Shown here in pieces: positions 28,684-49,062 of a stretch of 64,000 nucleotides of DNA. The position numbers were made by a program, and so were the translations under genes. The notes below the pieces were generated by a model that made no database searches, was not told the DNA's origin, and worked only from the letters and a program-made list of their open reading frames with translations. Position 1 is the first letter of the stretch, and every line of letters begins with the position of its first letter. Source of the DNA: the human T2T-CHM13v2.0 reference genome, Homo sapiens; the NCBI RefSeq assembly GCF_009914755.1, contig NC_060935.1; one strand, written 5' to 3'.

Positions 28684-29623
28684 GAACAGAAGCAACATTT
28701 GAGGTAATTATGCCTGAGAATTTCTCCTAACTAATTGTCACACACCAAACAACAGATTCAGGAGGATCAGAGAACACCAAGAAGGATAAACAAAAAACAA
28801 AAACAATACAAAATAACTATACCTAGTTATATCATATGCAACCTACAGAAAGTGAAAGATCCCTGAGGGAAGCTAGAGTAATACACCTATAGAGGGGCAA
28901 AGATAATGATTCCATCTGACTTCTCCTTGGAAACCATGCAAGTAAGAGGAAAGTAGAGTGAAATATTTAAAGTGTTGAAAGGAAAATAAAACTGAACCAA
29001 GCTAGAATTCTGTATCCTGTGAAAATCCTTCACAAGTAATGCAGAAACACAGACTTTCTCAGGCAAACAAAAATCGAGAGAATTTGTTGCCAGTACACTT
29101 GCCTTGCTAGAAATGCTAAAAGAAGTTCTTCAGACACAAGGAAAATAATACAGGTCAGAAACTCAGATCCACATAAAGAAAGGAAGAGCATCTGAGAAGA
29201 AATAATTGAGGGTAAAATAGTTTTTTCTTATTCTTAGTTCATCTAACAGATAATAGCTTGTTCAAAATAATAGCAACAATATATTTGATGATTATAGTTT
29301 AAGTGTAAGTGTAATTACACAGTAATTACACAAAATAAAGCAATAATGCAGGGCTGGAAGGGAATAATTAGAATTATGTTGTTATTATAACATACTTGCA
29401 CTATTCATGAAACAGTATAGTTTTATTTGAAAGAGGACTTTTATGTTAGTTGTAAATGTATATTGTGAACTCTAGGGCAACCATTAAAAAAAAGTAATCT
29501 AAAAAGAAGTATAATTGATATGCTAAGAAAGGAGAGAAAATGGAATCATATAAAATTCTTGGTAAAAACCACAAAAGGCAGAAAAAGAGTAGAGACAAAA
29601 ATAGTAACAAAGAACAAGGGCAA

Positions 29624-29985
29624 TGTATTAGTTTGATTTTATGCTGCTGATGAAGAACATACCTGAGACTGGGTGATTTATATACAAAAAGAGGTTTAAT
29701 GGACTCTCAGTCCCACATGGCTGGAGAGGCCTCACAATCATGGCAGAAGGCAAAAGCATGTCTTACATAGTGGCAGGCAAGAGAGAGAAGGAAAACCAAA
29801 TGAAAGGGGTTTCCACTAAAATACCATCAGATCTCATAAAACTTATTCACTACCACGAGAACAGTGTGGGCAAAACCACCCCCATGAGTCAATTAACTCC
29901 ACCGGGTCCCTCCCACAACATGTGGGAATTATGGGAGCTACAATTCAAGATGAGATTTGGGTGGGGACACAGCCAAACCATATCA
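29624..29985 (-). mobile_element. THE1-type MaLR solo LTR
   Basis: TGTATTAGT...GGGACACAGCCAAACCATATCA, 5-bp TSD GGCAA. Confidence 0.9.
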
Positions 29986-30168
29986 GGCAACAAATAGAAA
30001 ATAGCAACAAACATGGTAGATATTAATCCAACTATAGCAATAATCATTTTAAACATCAATAGTCTAAAAATACCAATTAAAGACAGGGATTGTCAAAGTG
30101 GATTAAAAAATAAGACCCAACTATATGGTGACTACAAGAAACTCACTTTAAATATAAAGACATATATA

Positions 30169-30553
<385 letters not shown>

Positions 30554-30729
30554 CTAGAGTAGCTATACTAATTTCAGACAGAGCAAACTTCAGAGCAAGG
30601 AAAATTATTAGGGATAAAGAAGGATATTACGTGATGATAAAGGAATCACTTCTCCAAGAGGATATAACGATCCTTAAAACATATCTGTCTAAAAACAGCA
30701 CATCAAAATACATGAGGAAAAAACTAATC

Positions 30730-31051
<322 letters not shown>

Positions 31052-31759
31052 TTAAAACTGAGGAATACACTTTAGAGACGTCAACACCCTTTGTCAGAAA
31101 TAGACAGATACCGCCAGCAGAAAATAAGTAAGGACATAGCTGAACTCCACAGGACCATCAATCAGCTGAATATAATGGACTCCTATAGATTAAATCACCC
31201 AACAACAGCAAAATGCACATTTTTCTCAAGCTCTCATGGAATATTTACTAAGATAGACCATATTCTGGGCCATGAAGCACACCTTCACAAATTTAAAACC
31301 ATAGTACAGTAAGATCAGACCACAGTTAAATTAAATGAGAAATCAATAATATAAAGAAAGCCGGAAAAGATGACTGGGAAGATTGTAATGAATGGACTCT
31401 TTACAAAGGAGGGGCAGAGTTCAGTGAATGAACAAGGTGTAGTGAAGCCTCGGGACATTTTTAGCTTCAGGAAGCTGCTACCACTCCTGGCCTTGAAAGG
31501 ACAAGGGAAGGTCATAGTTACCAGAGAAAGGGACTTATTTGGGGGAAGTTGTGGTCTCACATAGAGGAATAAAGTCACTGCCAAACCACAAGCCTACAAG
31601 GAGGGATCTCAGGAAATAGAGAACTCTGACCTCTCTCCTCGCCGCTCATCTCCTGCAGGTGCCTCTCATTAGCCTAACCAGGTGATGCAGCTTGTTAGAC
31701 ACCAGGTTCCTGGGTCACAAAGAAAGGCAGAGAAAGACAGAGAGTGAATTGAGAAACTA

Positions 31760-32420
31760 TACTACACATGCATCCAAATATCAGCCATAACCAGAAGATA
31801 CAATTTTGTAATGTATCACTGAAAAAAGCAACACAAATAAGGAGGGAACAGAAAATAAGATATTTTCAAAGTGGGCAAAAGTGTGAAGGAAAAATTATAA
31901 AACTTTATTGAAAGACATTAATGAAGACCTGAATAAATTGAGGACTATAAACCAGATTCATGGATAGAAAGAGTCAGTATTAAAAATATGTCAATTCTCC
32001 CCTAAATCATTCTGCAAAAAGCAATTTCCATTAAAACTCCATAAATGTTTTTAAAAGGAATTTAACAAATGGATTCTAAAATTCATACAAAAAAACCAAA
32101 GGCTGAATAATAGCCAAAACATAAAAGAAAGAAAAGGAGAAGGAGGCAGTGGAAGGAAAATGTCAGAGGAGATATAAAAATGTATTATAAAACTATAATT
32201 AAGACTGTGATATGGGGATAGACAAATTTCACCAGTGCAACAGAACATGACTATTTGATTTATCAGAGTACAGTCACTGTTGAACAGTTTGGAAAGGAAA
32301 TATTTTTCAATACATGCTCCACAACAATTAATTGTACGTATGAAAAAAATCCATTTGCACCTCTACCTTATGCCAAACAGAAAAGCAATTCTTAATGGAA
32401 TTAATCCAATAAATATTTGA
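31760..32420 (+). mobile_element. Old L1ME-type ORF2 fragment
   Basis: CATGGATAGAAAGA...ATGTCAATTCTCCC...GATTCTAAAATTCATA motifs. Confidence 0.65.
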
Positions 32421-32560
32421 TGAATTCAGCGTCTACATCATGTTTGGAAAGGATAAAATCAGGAAAAACTGTTGCCTCTCCTCTGATCCATCTCAGAAAG
32501 TTTGAGCAGCCACTGAGGTGTCAGGAGATACCCTCCATGAGCAAAGGAGAGCCACTTGGT

Positions 32561-32670
32561 AGACCAAACATGACAGAAAGGCATTCAGCAGACCAAATGC
32601 AGGAGAAAGGCGTCCAGCAGACCAAACGCGGCAGAAAGGTGTCCAGCAGACCAAACGCGGGAGAAAGGCA
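32561..32670. repeat. 29-bp tandem repeat, ~4 copies
   Basis: AGACCAAA...AGAAAGG..TCCAGC units. Confidence 0.8.
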
Positions 32671-32857
32671 GGGGGGCGAATGGGTGGAAGAATAAGAGTG
32701 AGGTAGGCCAGAAAGAGGGTTTTCAATGCTAGCGTGGAGCATCAGGAACCATCACAATGTATAACAATGAGCCGTATCATGGGGCTTTAAGGAGTGGAGT
32801 GGTGTGGCCTTAGAGGTAAGCAGAGATGACATCTTTGTCAAGATAATTAAAGAAGGG

Positions 32858-33163
32858 GCGGCAGGGTGTGGTGGCTCACGTCTGTAATCCCAGCACTTCG
32901 GGAGGCTGAGGCGGGCTGATCACGAGGTCAGGAGTTCAAGACCAGCCTGACCAACATGGTGAAACCCTGTCTCTACTAAAAATACAAAAATTAGCCGGGT
33001 GTGGTGGAAGATGCCTGTAATCCCAGCTACTCAGGAGGCTGAGGTAGGAGAATCGCTTGAACCCGGGAGGCAAGGGTGCAGTGAGCTGAGATCGTGCCAC
33101 TGCACTCCAGCCTGGGCTACAGAGTGAGATTTCATCTCAAAAAAAAAAAAAAAAAAAAAAAAA
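32858..33163 (+). mobile_element. Alu (AluSg-like)
   Basis: Alu consensus, TSD AAAGAAGGGG. Confidence 0.95.
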
Positions 33164-33721
33164 AGAAGGGGCAATTCTGGAGGCCTGGGGTCCAGCCAGA
33201 TATATTTCTGTTGTACTCTTAGACCACAGTTACGTTAAAATTAGAAATCAATAATATGAAGATAGCTGGAAAAGATGACTGGAAAGATTGTAATGGATGG
33301 ACTGTTTACAAAGGAGGGGGGGCAAAGTTAAGTGAATGAGTTAAGTGAATGTTCTAAGTGTAGACTGTAAAGGAAATTCTGACTTAAATGTTAGATGCTC
33401 CAAGTAATTGCTCCCATTCCCTTAGATAGCAGATGCCAACATCCAGAGCTTGATATGCATGCACATTGACCCTGTGAATCACCTGAGTGAGGTCATCTGC
33501 CTGTGGAACCGTCATTGCTTCCAGCCCCGTTCCACGTTGTCATGGGCGTTCCACTCCCCTTGATCTTTCTATTTCTAGATTTCAACTCATAATGGCACAC
33601 ACGGGTCTGAGTAGTCATGGAACATTCTAATGTACCAAGAGCCCCAGACAAGTTTTCTGCATAACGTTAGTGGGATTCTTGAGTGATAATGATACAAAAC
33701 ACCTTCGAGTGTTTAATATGT

Positions 33722-33875
33722 GCCACCACCGCGCCCGGCTAATTTTTTTGTATTTTTAATAGAGACGGGGTTTCACCGTGTTAGCCAGGATGGTCTCTAT
33801 CTCCTGACTTCGTGATCCGCCGGCCTCGGCCTCCCAAAGTGCTGGGATTACAGGCATGAGCCACTGCGCCCGGCC
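33722..33875 (-). mobile_element. Truncated Alu (left arm plus linker only)
   Basis: CCACCGCGCCCGGCTAATTTTT...GCCACTGCGCCCGGCC; right arm and tail absent. Confidence 0.9.
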
Positions 33876-34268
33876 AGCAAGACTTTTAATGGCAGTCTTG
33901 CAAGACCGGGTGTCTGGTAGGCAGGCACACCCCGGGCAGTTACAGCAGGTAATTGATCTCCTAGCACACAAGCCCTCCCCCAGGTCCTCATTGGTCAAGT
34001 ACTATGGGTTTACAACCTTCCCCAATGTCACCTGAGTTTCATTTTCCCCCTTATAAGGTTATACCCCGTCCCCTTCCCCGCTTAAGTTTTGATTTTCCAA
34101 TAACAAAACTTTCTTCCCTTTTATGGGCTGACCCCTCCTCTACATTCTGTTCGCTTATCGTGACCTTCCAGGCGCATGAGCCGTGTGGTTTGTTACATCC
34201 TCAGGCTGGCTGCCAGTGCTTAGATTTATCATGCCTTGAAAATGGACCATTTAAAATGTTTTCTCACA
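33876..34268 (-). mobile_element. ERV LTR, partial (subfamily not assigned)
   Basis: Minus strand begins TGTGAGAAAACATTTTAAATGGTCC, with TATA-like CTTATAAGG and ATTAAA near the Alu junction. Confidence 0.6.
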
Positions 34269-34269
34269 A

Positions 34270-41000
<6,731 letters not shown>

Positions 41001-41729
41001 AAGAGAGATGTATACCTACAAAACACCACACACACAGGAAGATGCCTGCGTAGTTAAGGGACTGGGGTACAAAGGTCAGCATTGAACCAGGGGCTGAGTT
41101 CTGCAGCAGGAGTGGGGCCCCACAGCAGGAAGCAAGCTGAATATACACAGAGACTGTTAGGACCATGCAATGGCACGGGTGGCCACAGCCACCAAGAGAG
41201 CCAGACCGGGGCCAGCAGTGCAGCAGGAGCTGCACCAAGGAGCTGCCCTGTCGAGGAGAAGTCTAGAAACTACAGCCAAGGACTGGCCCTGAATATCTCA
41301 TTCCGGAAGCAATTCCAAGGGAAGCCCAGCCTTGGCTGCTCAGCAAAGGTGACTCAGAGCAGCGGTCCATCCTGCCATGCACAGACTAGCAGCCCTCTCT
41401 GGGCAGAGGGACTTCAGGATGCACCAAATTCATGCACTTGGTTCAAGCAGTTTCAGAAATTTGCAGTCTGCTTGCTCTCTCTCCCAGATGAGCTTTAGGC
41501 AAAGATGTTCTTTTGAGGCACCAGATATGTCCTCTCCTTGCTCATGGTCAAGGTGGCTGAGAGCTGCTGCCGGGTACTGAAGCCCTTGACCACATGGGCA
41601 CTGCTCATGGGACGTCCTCGAAGCTGTCCCTGAAGGACGTCCCTGGAGAGCCGCCAGGGAGCCTGTCCACCTCCTACCTGGCTCGGCCAGCCCCAATTTC
41701 AGCGCACAGGGTTCCTCCACCTCTCAGTT

Positions 41730-42930
<1,201 letters not shown>

Positions 42931-43269
42931 GCACCTGTCTCTTCCTAGAGACCACTGCACTCCACCTGTCCCTGAGAATGACTCCTGACTCCACTGCATA
43001 CGAGTCCCTCTCCCCCACCTTCTACCTGGAAAACTCCTATTCATCCCATCAAGACCCAGCCCTGGGTTGCTCCTGGGTGGCTTTTTTCACTCTCCTTGGC
43101 AGCTTTAACTGCTGCCTGGGATGTGGGCTCAGGGCCAGTGCCCTGGAGGGCCCCTGTCATAGCCCTTCTCACCAGCACTGAGATTGGTCACCTCCGAGTC
43201 TGGTGGGCCCGGGGCCCCCATGCAGGTGCACACAAGTGCTGCTGAGTGACTGGTGATCATACAGCCAAC

Positions 43270-43400
43270 ATTCGCGGTGACATTCATGCACCGGGGACTT
43301 CACAATTCCCCGGACTCGTCATAAGGGCTGCTCGGCCCCATCTTACAAATGGGGAAACTGAGCCTGGGGGGTTCAGTAACTTGCTGAGTTCACACAAACA
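43270..43400 (-). mobile_element. MIR fragment
   Basis: CCCCATCTTACAAATGGGGAAACTGAG...AACTTGC MIR core. Confidence 0.6.
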
Positions 43401-43899
43401 GTGAGTGGATGGCTGGATGAGTTTGTAAAAGGAAGGTCGATTCTGCATGATGAAGCTAAATTGGAGCCCAAAATTCTCTCTTCCGGCCCCCAGTAGAATA
43501 TTATGGGTGCACCCAAAGGAATGTAAAAAGACCAGATGCCCAGGACACGGGGCGGTGCCTGATGAAACAGCTGCATTAGAGAGTGACTTTGCAACTCTGG
43601 AGAGAAGCCACTGAAACCCAGCGCTCCTATAAATAGCAGCTCTTGCAAAGCATCGGGTGTGAATTTTCGTGGTGTTGGCAAATTCAGAGATTGAGAAATC
43701 CAGAGACGTTCATGTTCCCGGAGAAAGGAGTGGGGTGGGGAGGGAGGTCGCAAGCAATGCCATCTTCAGGAACAAAACTCCTGCATAACGAAGCCCAGGT
43801 TTCTGTGTTTTCGTGGGTGTTCCCGGGCACCTTCGGGCAGGTGGCCCCAGGCGATGTTGTGTGTCTCTCCTGGCTGTGGACGAATGGACGCCTGGGGTG

Positions 43900-45560
43900 A
43901 GGCTGGGCCAGGGACCTGGGGCTTGTGGGTGTCGGCTCCCATCCCGGGGTCCTCCCCCGCCGTCCTCCCCCCTCCCCCGCCCTCTCTCCCACCCTCCTCC
44001 CTCCTCCCACCTCCCCTGCCCTCTCCCACCGGCGTGCACCCCCCCGCCCCGCTGCTCACCGCCCACCACTCCCCAGAGGCCGCTTGCTTCCCCGTCTTTG
44101 GCCCTGGGCCCCCAGTACCGCCCCGTGCCCCCCTCACTTCTCCCCCGGAAGCGCATCCGTCAGGGAAACCGTCCTAAGACCGTCCGCACTCGCTTCAGAG
44201 CCGCTGCAAACGGCCGTCAATCCGTCATTCAGACGCGAAGACAAAGCGTCCCTGGCTCAGCCCTGAGAAGCAGCGGGACGGCGGCGCGTTCCTGAGTTCC
44301 CGCCACGCGGGCGCCCGGCGAGGGCGGGGCGGGGCGGGGCGGGGCGGGGCGGGGGGCGGGGCGTGGAGGGCGGGGGGGGCGGGGCGGGGCGGGGGGCGGG
44401 GCGTGGAGGGCGGGGGGCGGGGCGGGGCGGGGCGGGGCGGGCGGGGGGCGGGGCGTGGAGGGCGGGGGCGGGGCGTGGGGGCGGGGGCGGGGCGTGGGGG
44501 CGGGGCGTGGAGGGCGTGGGGGCGGGGCGTGGAGGGCGGGGGGGCGGGGCGTGGAGGGCGGGGGGCGGGGGGATGGGGACAAGGTAGGGGTCGTGGGGCG
44601 CTGGGCTCACCCCAGGCCCTCAGGTGTCTCGAGATGGCCCGGGCTCCGAGCGCTCCCGGCGCTTACGCTAGAGCCTCCTCCTGTGCGAAACGCGTCCGTG
44701 CCCAGGCGCGGGGACCCTGCAGGGCTGTGGGTTCGCGCTGCCGCTGATCCTGCGTCTTCCCCCCTCCCAGGCCCCGCGTCCAGCCCGCCCCGCCCGCGGT
44801 GGGAGACGCGCCCTCCAGGTGCGGATGAGACGCGCGGACAGCGGGATGGAGAAGGTGAGACCTGTCCGGCCCCCGCCTCGCGCTCCCGCTTCTCCAGGAA
44901 GAGGTGTCGCCGCCGCCCGGGGGTCCCCGTCCCTCCCTAGCCCGATCCCCCGGAGCCGCGGCCCCACCACCGCCTGGCACTCCCGGGAGCGCGCGGCCTC
45001 GGAGCCCCCAGCCCCGCACAGCCCCTTGTCCCCGGCTGGGAATGGCGCCTCGCACGGGGTCCCTCGGAGGCCGCGAGGCTCCGCTCGGCGTGTTCGGAAG
45101 CCACCCCCAGCTCCCCCGGCAGCTTGGAGCCTCAGAAACGCGGGGCAGAGACGCGACACGGAGCCGCCTGGCACTGAGACTCCCCAGTGGCTGCGCCGCC
45201 TTCCCGGGGGCCCGAGGCGGGGGCGGGGGGCGCGCTCGCTTCTTCCCCTCGCGGGGGTCTTCCCAGCCCACCGGCCACGGCCGCTCCGTTCCAAGCGCGC
45301 TTTTCATTCCGCGTCATCTTATCTGACAAACGTTAAAAAGAGGGAGGGTGGGAGGCCCCGAAGTCCCACCCGAGTCCCCGCGGGGCCGCTGCCCCCTGGA
45401 AGTCCCCGCGGCCATATGGCGGCTCCGTGGAGGGCGCGGTCCTGTCCCCGGAGCCACCGCGGGGAGGGACCCCAGGGCCTGGGGGGCGCCTCCGGGGGAC
45501 AGAGGCGGCCACGGAGGGGCTCCCGGGACACTCGCGAAATTCAGATTCACGGGGCAACCG
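43900..45560. promoter_or_regulatory. Orphan CpG island with promoter-like features
   Basis: High GC and CpG over about 1.6 kb, many Sp/KLF GGGGCGGGG boxes, YY1-like palindrome GCCATATGGC(GGC) at 45411, no recognisable coding exon. Confidence 0.75.
44322..44578. repeat. (GGGGC)n / GGGGCGTGGAGGGC G-rich tandem repeat
   Basis: Pure GGGGC run at ~44322-44350 followed by interrupted units; nearly all G/C. Confidence 0.95.
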
Positions 45561-45639
45561 GCTTCAGACCTCCTCACTCCCTTCTTCACCAGAGCCGCCC
45601 CTCCCAGGTTCACCTGCCAGCCCCTGAGTCTCCTCTGCC

Positions 45640-45885
45640 AATCTCTCTTCTCCTCCTGGTCTCTCTCTGTCTCTTCTTTGTCTCTCCGTCTCTATCTCTT
45701 TATCTTTTGTCTCTCTCTATTTCTGTCTCTCTGTGTCTCTCTCATCTCTGCCTCTATCTCTCATTACTCTTGTTTCTCTCTATCTCTTTCTGTCTCTCTC
45801 TGTTCTCTGTCTCTCTCTGTTCTCTGTCTCTCTCTGTTTTCTGTCTCTGTTCTCCGTATCTCTCTGTCCTTTCTCTGTCTCTCCC
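45640..45885. repeat. CT-rich low-complexity polypyrimidine tract
   Basis: TCTCTG/TCTC repeats. Confidence 0.9.
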
Positions 45886-46114
45886 CTGGGCCTGGGCCCC
45901 TCCACCCCTTCACCCCACGTGCTGCTCATCTCTGTCTCTCTTGTCCTTTTCCGGGCCCTGGCCTCTTCCCCAGCTCAGCCTGCAGGAGGCCCGTCTCCTG
46001 CACCCCTCCCCGTCCTCCATCCTTTCTGGTCCCCCATCTCCTCCACCTCTCTGCATCCTCCATCTGCTGGTCCTCCAGAGACCCCCTTTCAGTTCCTCGC
46101 CCCTGTTCCAGGTG

Positions 46115-46457
46115 TGATATGGTTTGGCTCTGGGTCCCCACCCAAATCTCAGGTTGAATTGTAATCCCCATAATCCCCACGTGTCAATCTCGGGACCAGG
46201 TGGAGGTGACTGGATCATGCGGTCGGGTCCCCCATGCTGTTCCCGTGATAACGAGTGAGTATCCCCGTGGGGCCTTCTCCCTCCGTTCAGCACACATTCT
46301 CTGTCCTGCCACCCTGTGAAGAGGTGTCTTCCGCCATGATTGTAAGTTTCCTGAGGCCTCCCCAGCCATGCAGAACTGCGAGTCAATTCAACCTCTTTCT
46401 TTATAAATTACCCAGTCTTGGGTTTTCTTGATAGCAGCGTGAGAATGGGCTCATACA
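46115..46457 (+). mobile_element. THE1/MST MaLR solo LTR
   Basis: TGATATGGTTTGGCTCTG...GGGCTCATACA, TSD AGGTG. Confidence 0.9.
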
Positions 46458-47292
46458 AGGTGTGTCCCAGGCTGGAGGTTGTCCAAGTCCCGGAGGCATC
46501 CCCAGCACCAAGACTCCGGTCGTGATCGCTGGCAGAGTCCCACGGGGGTGGGGGGCCCGGGCCACGGTGGATGGTTCTGGAGCTGCCCGGCCTCCAGCAG
46601 GAAACCTTCCTCTTCTGCACTTGAGTGTCTGCGGGAACTCCCACGCCACTTCCCGAAAGGATGAACCTTCTCAATGTGCTGCGCCTGCACCTGGCGAGCA
46701 GCTTTGGCATTTCTCAGGCGCTCATCTGTCAGGGCATCCACTGGGATCCGGCACTGCTCCGGGCGTGGGGGATGCAACTGATGGGATCATACGCGTGCAT
46801 CTGTGAGTGTACACGTGCGTGTGTGAGGATGTCGCCTCCACACTGCATGGATGTGGCGTGTCCGTAAGTGTGCACGTGCACGCCGTGAAATAAGATTTTG
46901 AAATCAGTACCCTTGACATGAAGCAAATACCTTTGTAAATAACTTTCTGGTTGTAGAGGAAATGAAAACTTAGATTACAAGCTGTTTAGAGAAGAAGGGC
47001 CTCTTGAGTTCTTGAAGCAAAACCTCCACGAAGTCGCCAAAGGGAGCTCCAAGGGCAACTTAAAGGCCTTGGCTATGAAACAGGAAAGACAGAAAGCAAG
47101 CCCATTAGGCTGGAGTGAGGCAGTAAAACACACTCCAGGAAAGTAGAGGAAAGGAATTATTGAAAGCAAAATAGAAAGTGATAAAATAGAAAAATTGAAA
47201 AGCAAACTTGCTCACTAAAACCCAAAGCTAGACTTGGAAAAGAATGAATTTGACCAAGGTAAATAGAAATGGATCAATAGAAAGACAAAACT

Positions 47293-47650
47293 GGCCAGGT
47301 GCGGTGGCTCACGCCTGTCATCCCAGCAATTTGGGAGGCTGAGGCGGGTGGATCACTTGAGGTCAGGAGTTCAAGACCAGCCTGACCAACATGGCGAAAC
47401 CCTGTCTCTACTAAAAATACAAAAATTAGCTGGGCGTGGTGGCAGGTGCCTGTAGTCCCAGCTACTCAAGAGGCTGAGGTAGGAGAATCACTTAAACCTG
47501 GGAGGTGGAGGTTGCAATGAGCCAAGTTGACACCATTGTGCTCCAGCCTGGGCGACAGAGCAAGACTCCAAAAAAGAAAGAAAGAGAGAGAGAGAGAAAC
47601 AGGAAAGAAAGGAAGGAAGGAAGGAAGGAAGAAAGGAAGAAAGAAAGAAC
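47293..47650 (+). mobile_element. Alu (AluS-type) with GA/GGAA-rich tail
   Basis: Alu consensus to ~47575, then purine microsatellite. Confidence 0.93.
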
Positions 47651-48149
47651 AACCATGGGAAAGAGGAAAAGGAGCAAGGATAGATTCTGAAGATGTTTGA
47701 AAATTAAGAGAGAACGCGTCACACACATCGATACCGATACATTTGAAGACCTTGATGAAATGGGTCATTTCTAAAGCAACATCGGAAAAACGGACTTATT
47801 CTTTAACTCATTCATTCCTAGATATTTGGAGGCCCTCCCAGGAGCCAGGCTGCTGAGACCGCAGGAGGCAGACAGACAAACAGACAGGGACCCCCGCCCT
47901 TGAGGCACTGACCTTCTCACAGGACCCAAGTGAGGCAGAAAACCATGAGCCATGACCAGGAAGACGTAAGATGGTGCCCGTACCGCCACCAGCAGCCGGG
48001 AGACCTGCAGAGCCAGCCTCGCAAATCTCTAAGAAGCAGGCTTGGCCTGTGTTACATGGACACAGAGTCCAGGGACAGATGGACAGCTCCCATGGCCGTG
48101 GGGCCAGACCTGGGCACGCCCGGACCTCCTACTGTGGCCCACCCATGGA

Positions 48150-48870
48150 CAGACACGACACACACAGAGGCAGACATGACACTTGCCCAGAAATACGCAC
48201 ACACAGACACTGAGAGACACAGACACACATACACACTCACCTCAAAATATGATACACACACATCCAGACACACACAGAGACACACTACCCTAGAAATACA
48301 CAGACACACATCCAGACACACACAGAGACACACCCACATCCAGACACACAGAGATACACTCACCTAGAGATACACACAGACACACCCACATCCAGACACA
48401 CAGAGACACACACCCACCTAGAGATACACACATACACAAACACATCCAGGCACACACAGAGACGCACCCACATCCAGACACACAGAGACACACTCACCTA
48501 GAAATACACACAGACACACCCACATCCAGACACACAGAGACACACACTCACCCAGATATACACACATACACAAACACATCCAGGCACACACAGAGACGCA
48601 CCCACATCCAGACACACAGAGACACACTCACCTAGAAATACACACAGACACACCCACATCCAGACACACACAGAGACACACTCACCTAGAGATACACACA
48701 CACAAACACATCCAGACACACACAGACACACCCACAGTAACACACACTGACAGAGAAAAACACACAGGTGCACACACACCCAGTGACACAGACACATAGA
48801 GACACAGACACACACAAATACACAGAGGCAGACACCCAGTAATACACATAGACACAGCCAGTAACATACA
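48150..48870. repeat. CA-rich compound tandem repeat
   Basis: CACCCACATCCAGACACACAGAGACACACTCACCTAGA(A/G)ATACAC units repeated with variation. Confidence 0.9.
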
Positions 48871-49062
48871 GCAAGAAAAAAAATGGAAAAGAGAAAACCA
48901 CAGGACAATATCACACAAAAATATGGATACAAGCATTCTATAAATTTCTATTTTACAGTTTTAATTTCACAAGCCACACATAGATGATACAACGACACAG
49001 ATAGTGCCTAGATCCCCCATGGCTGTCCCATGGCCCAGCCCCTTCACCTCCCCAGAGCTGAC

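Noticed and set aside
44229-46157. Long ORFs across the orphan CpG island (up to 432 aa)
   Set aside because: Explained by GC content plus GGGGC and CT repeats, ending in an LTR; no homology recognised.
46358-46370. PRDM9 hotspot motif in the THE1/MST LTR
   Set aside because: Reads CCTCCCCAGCCAT, not the hotspot-associated CCTCCCTAGCCAC.
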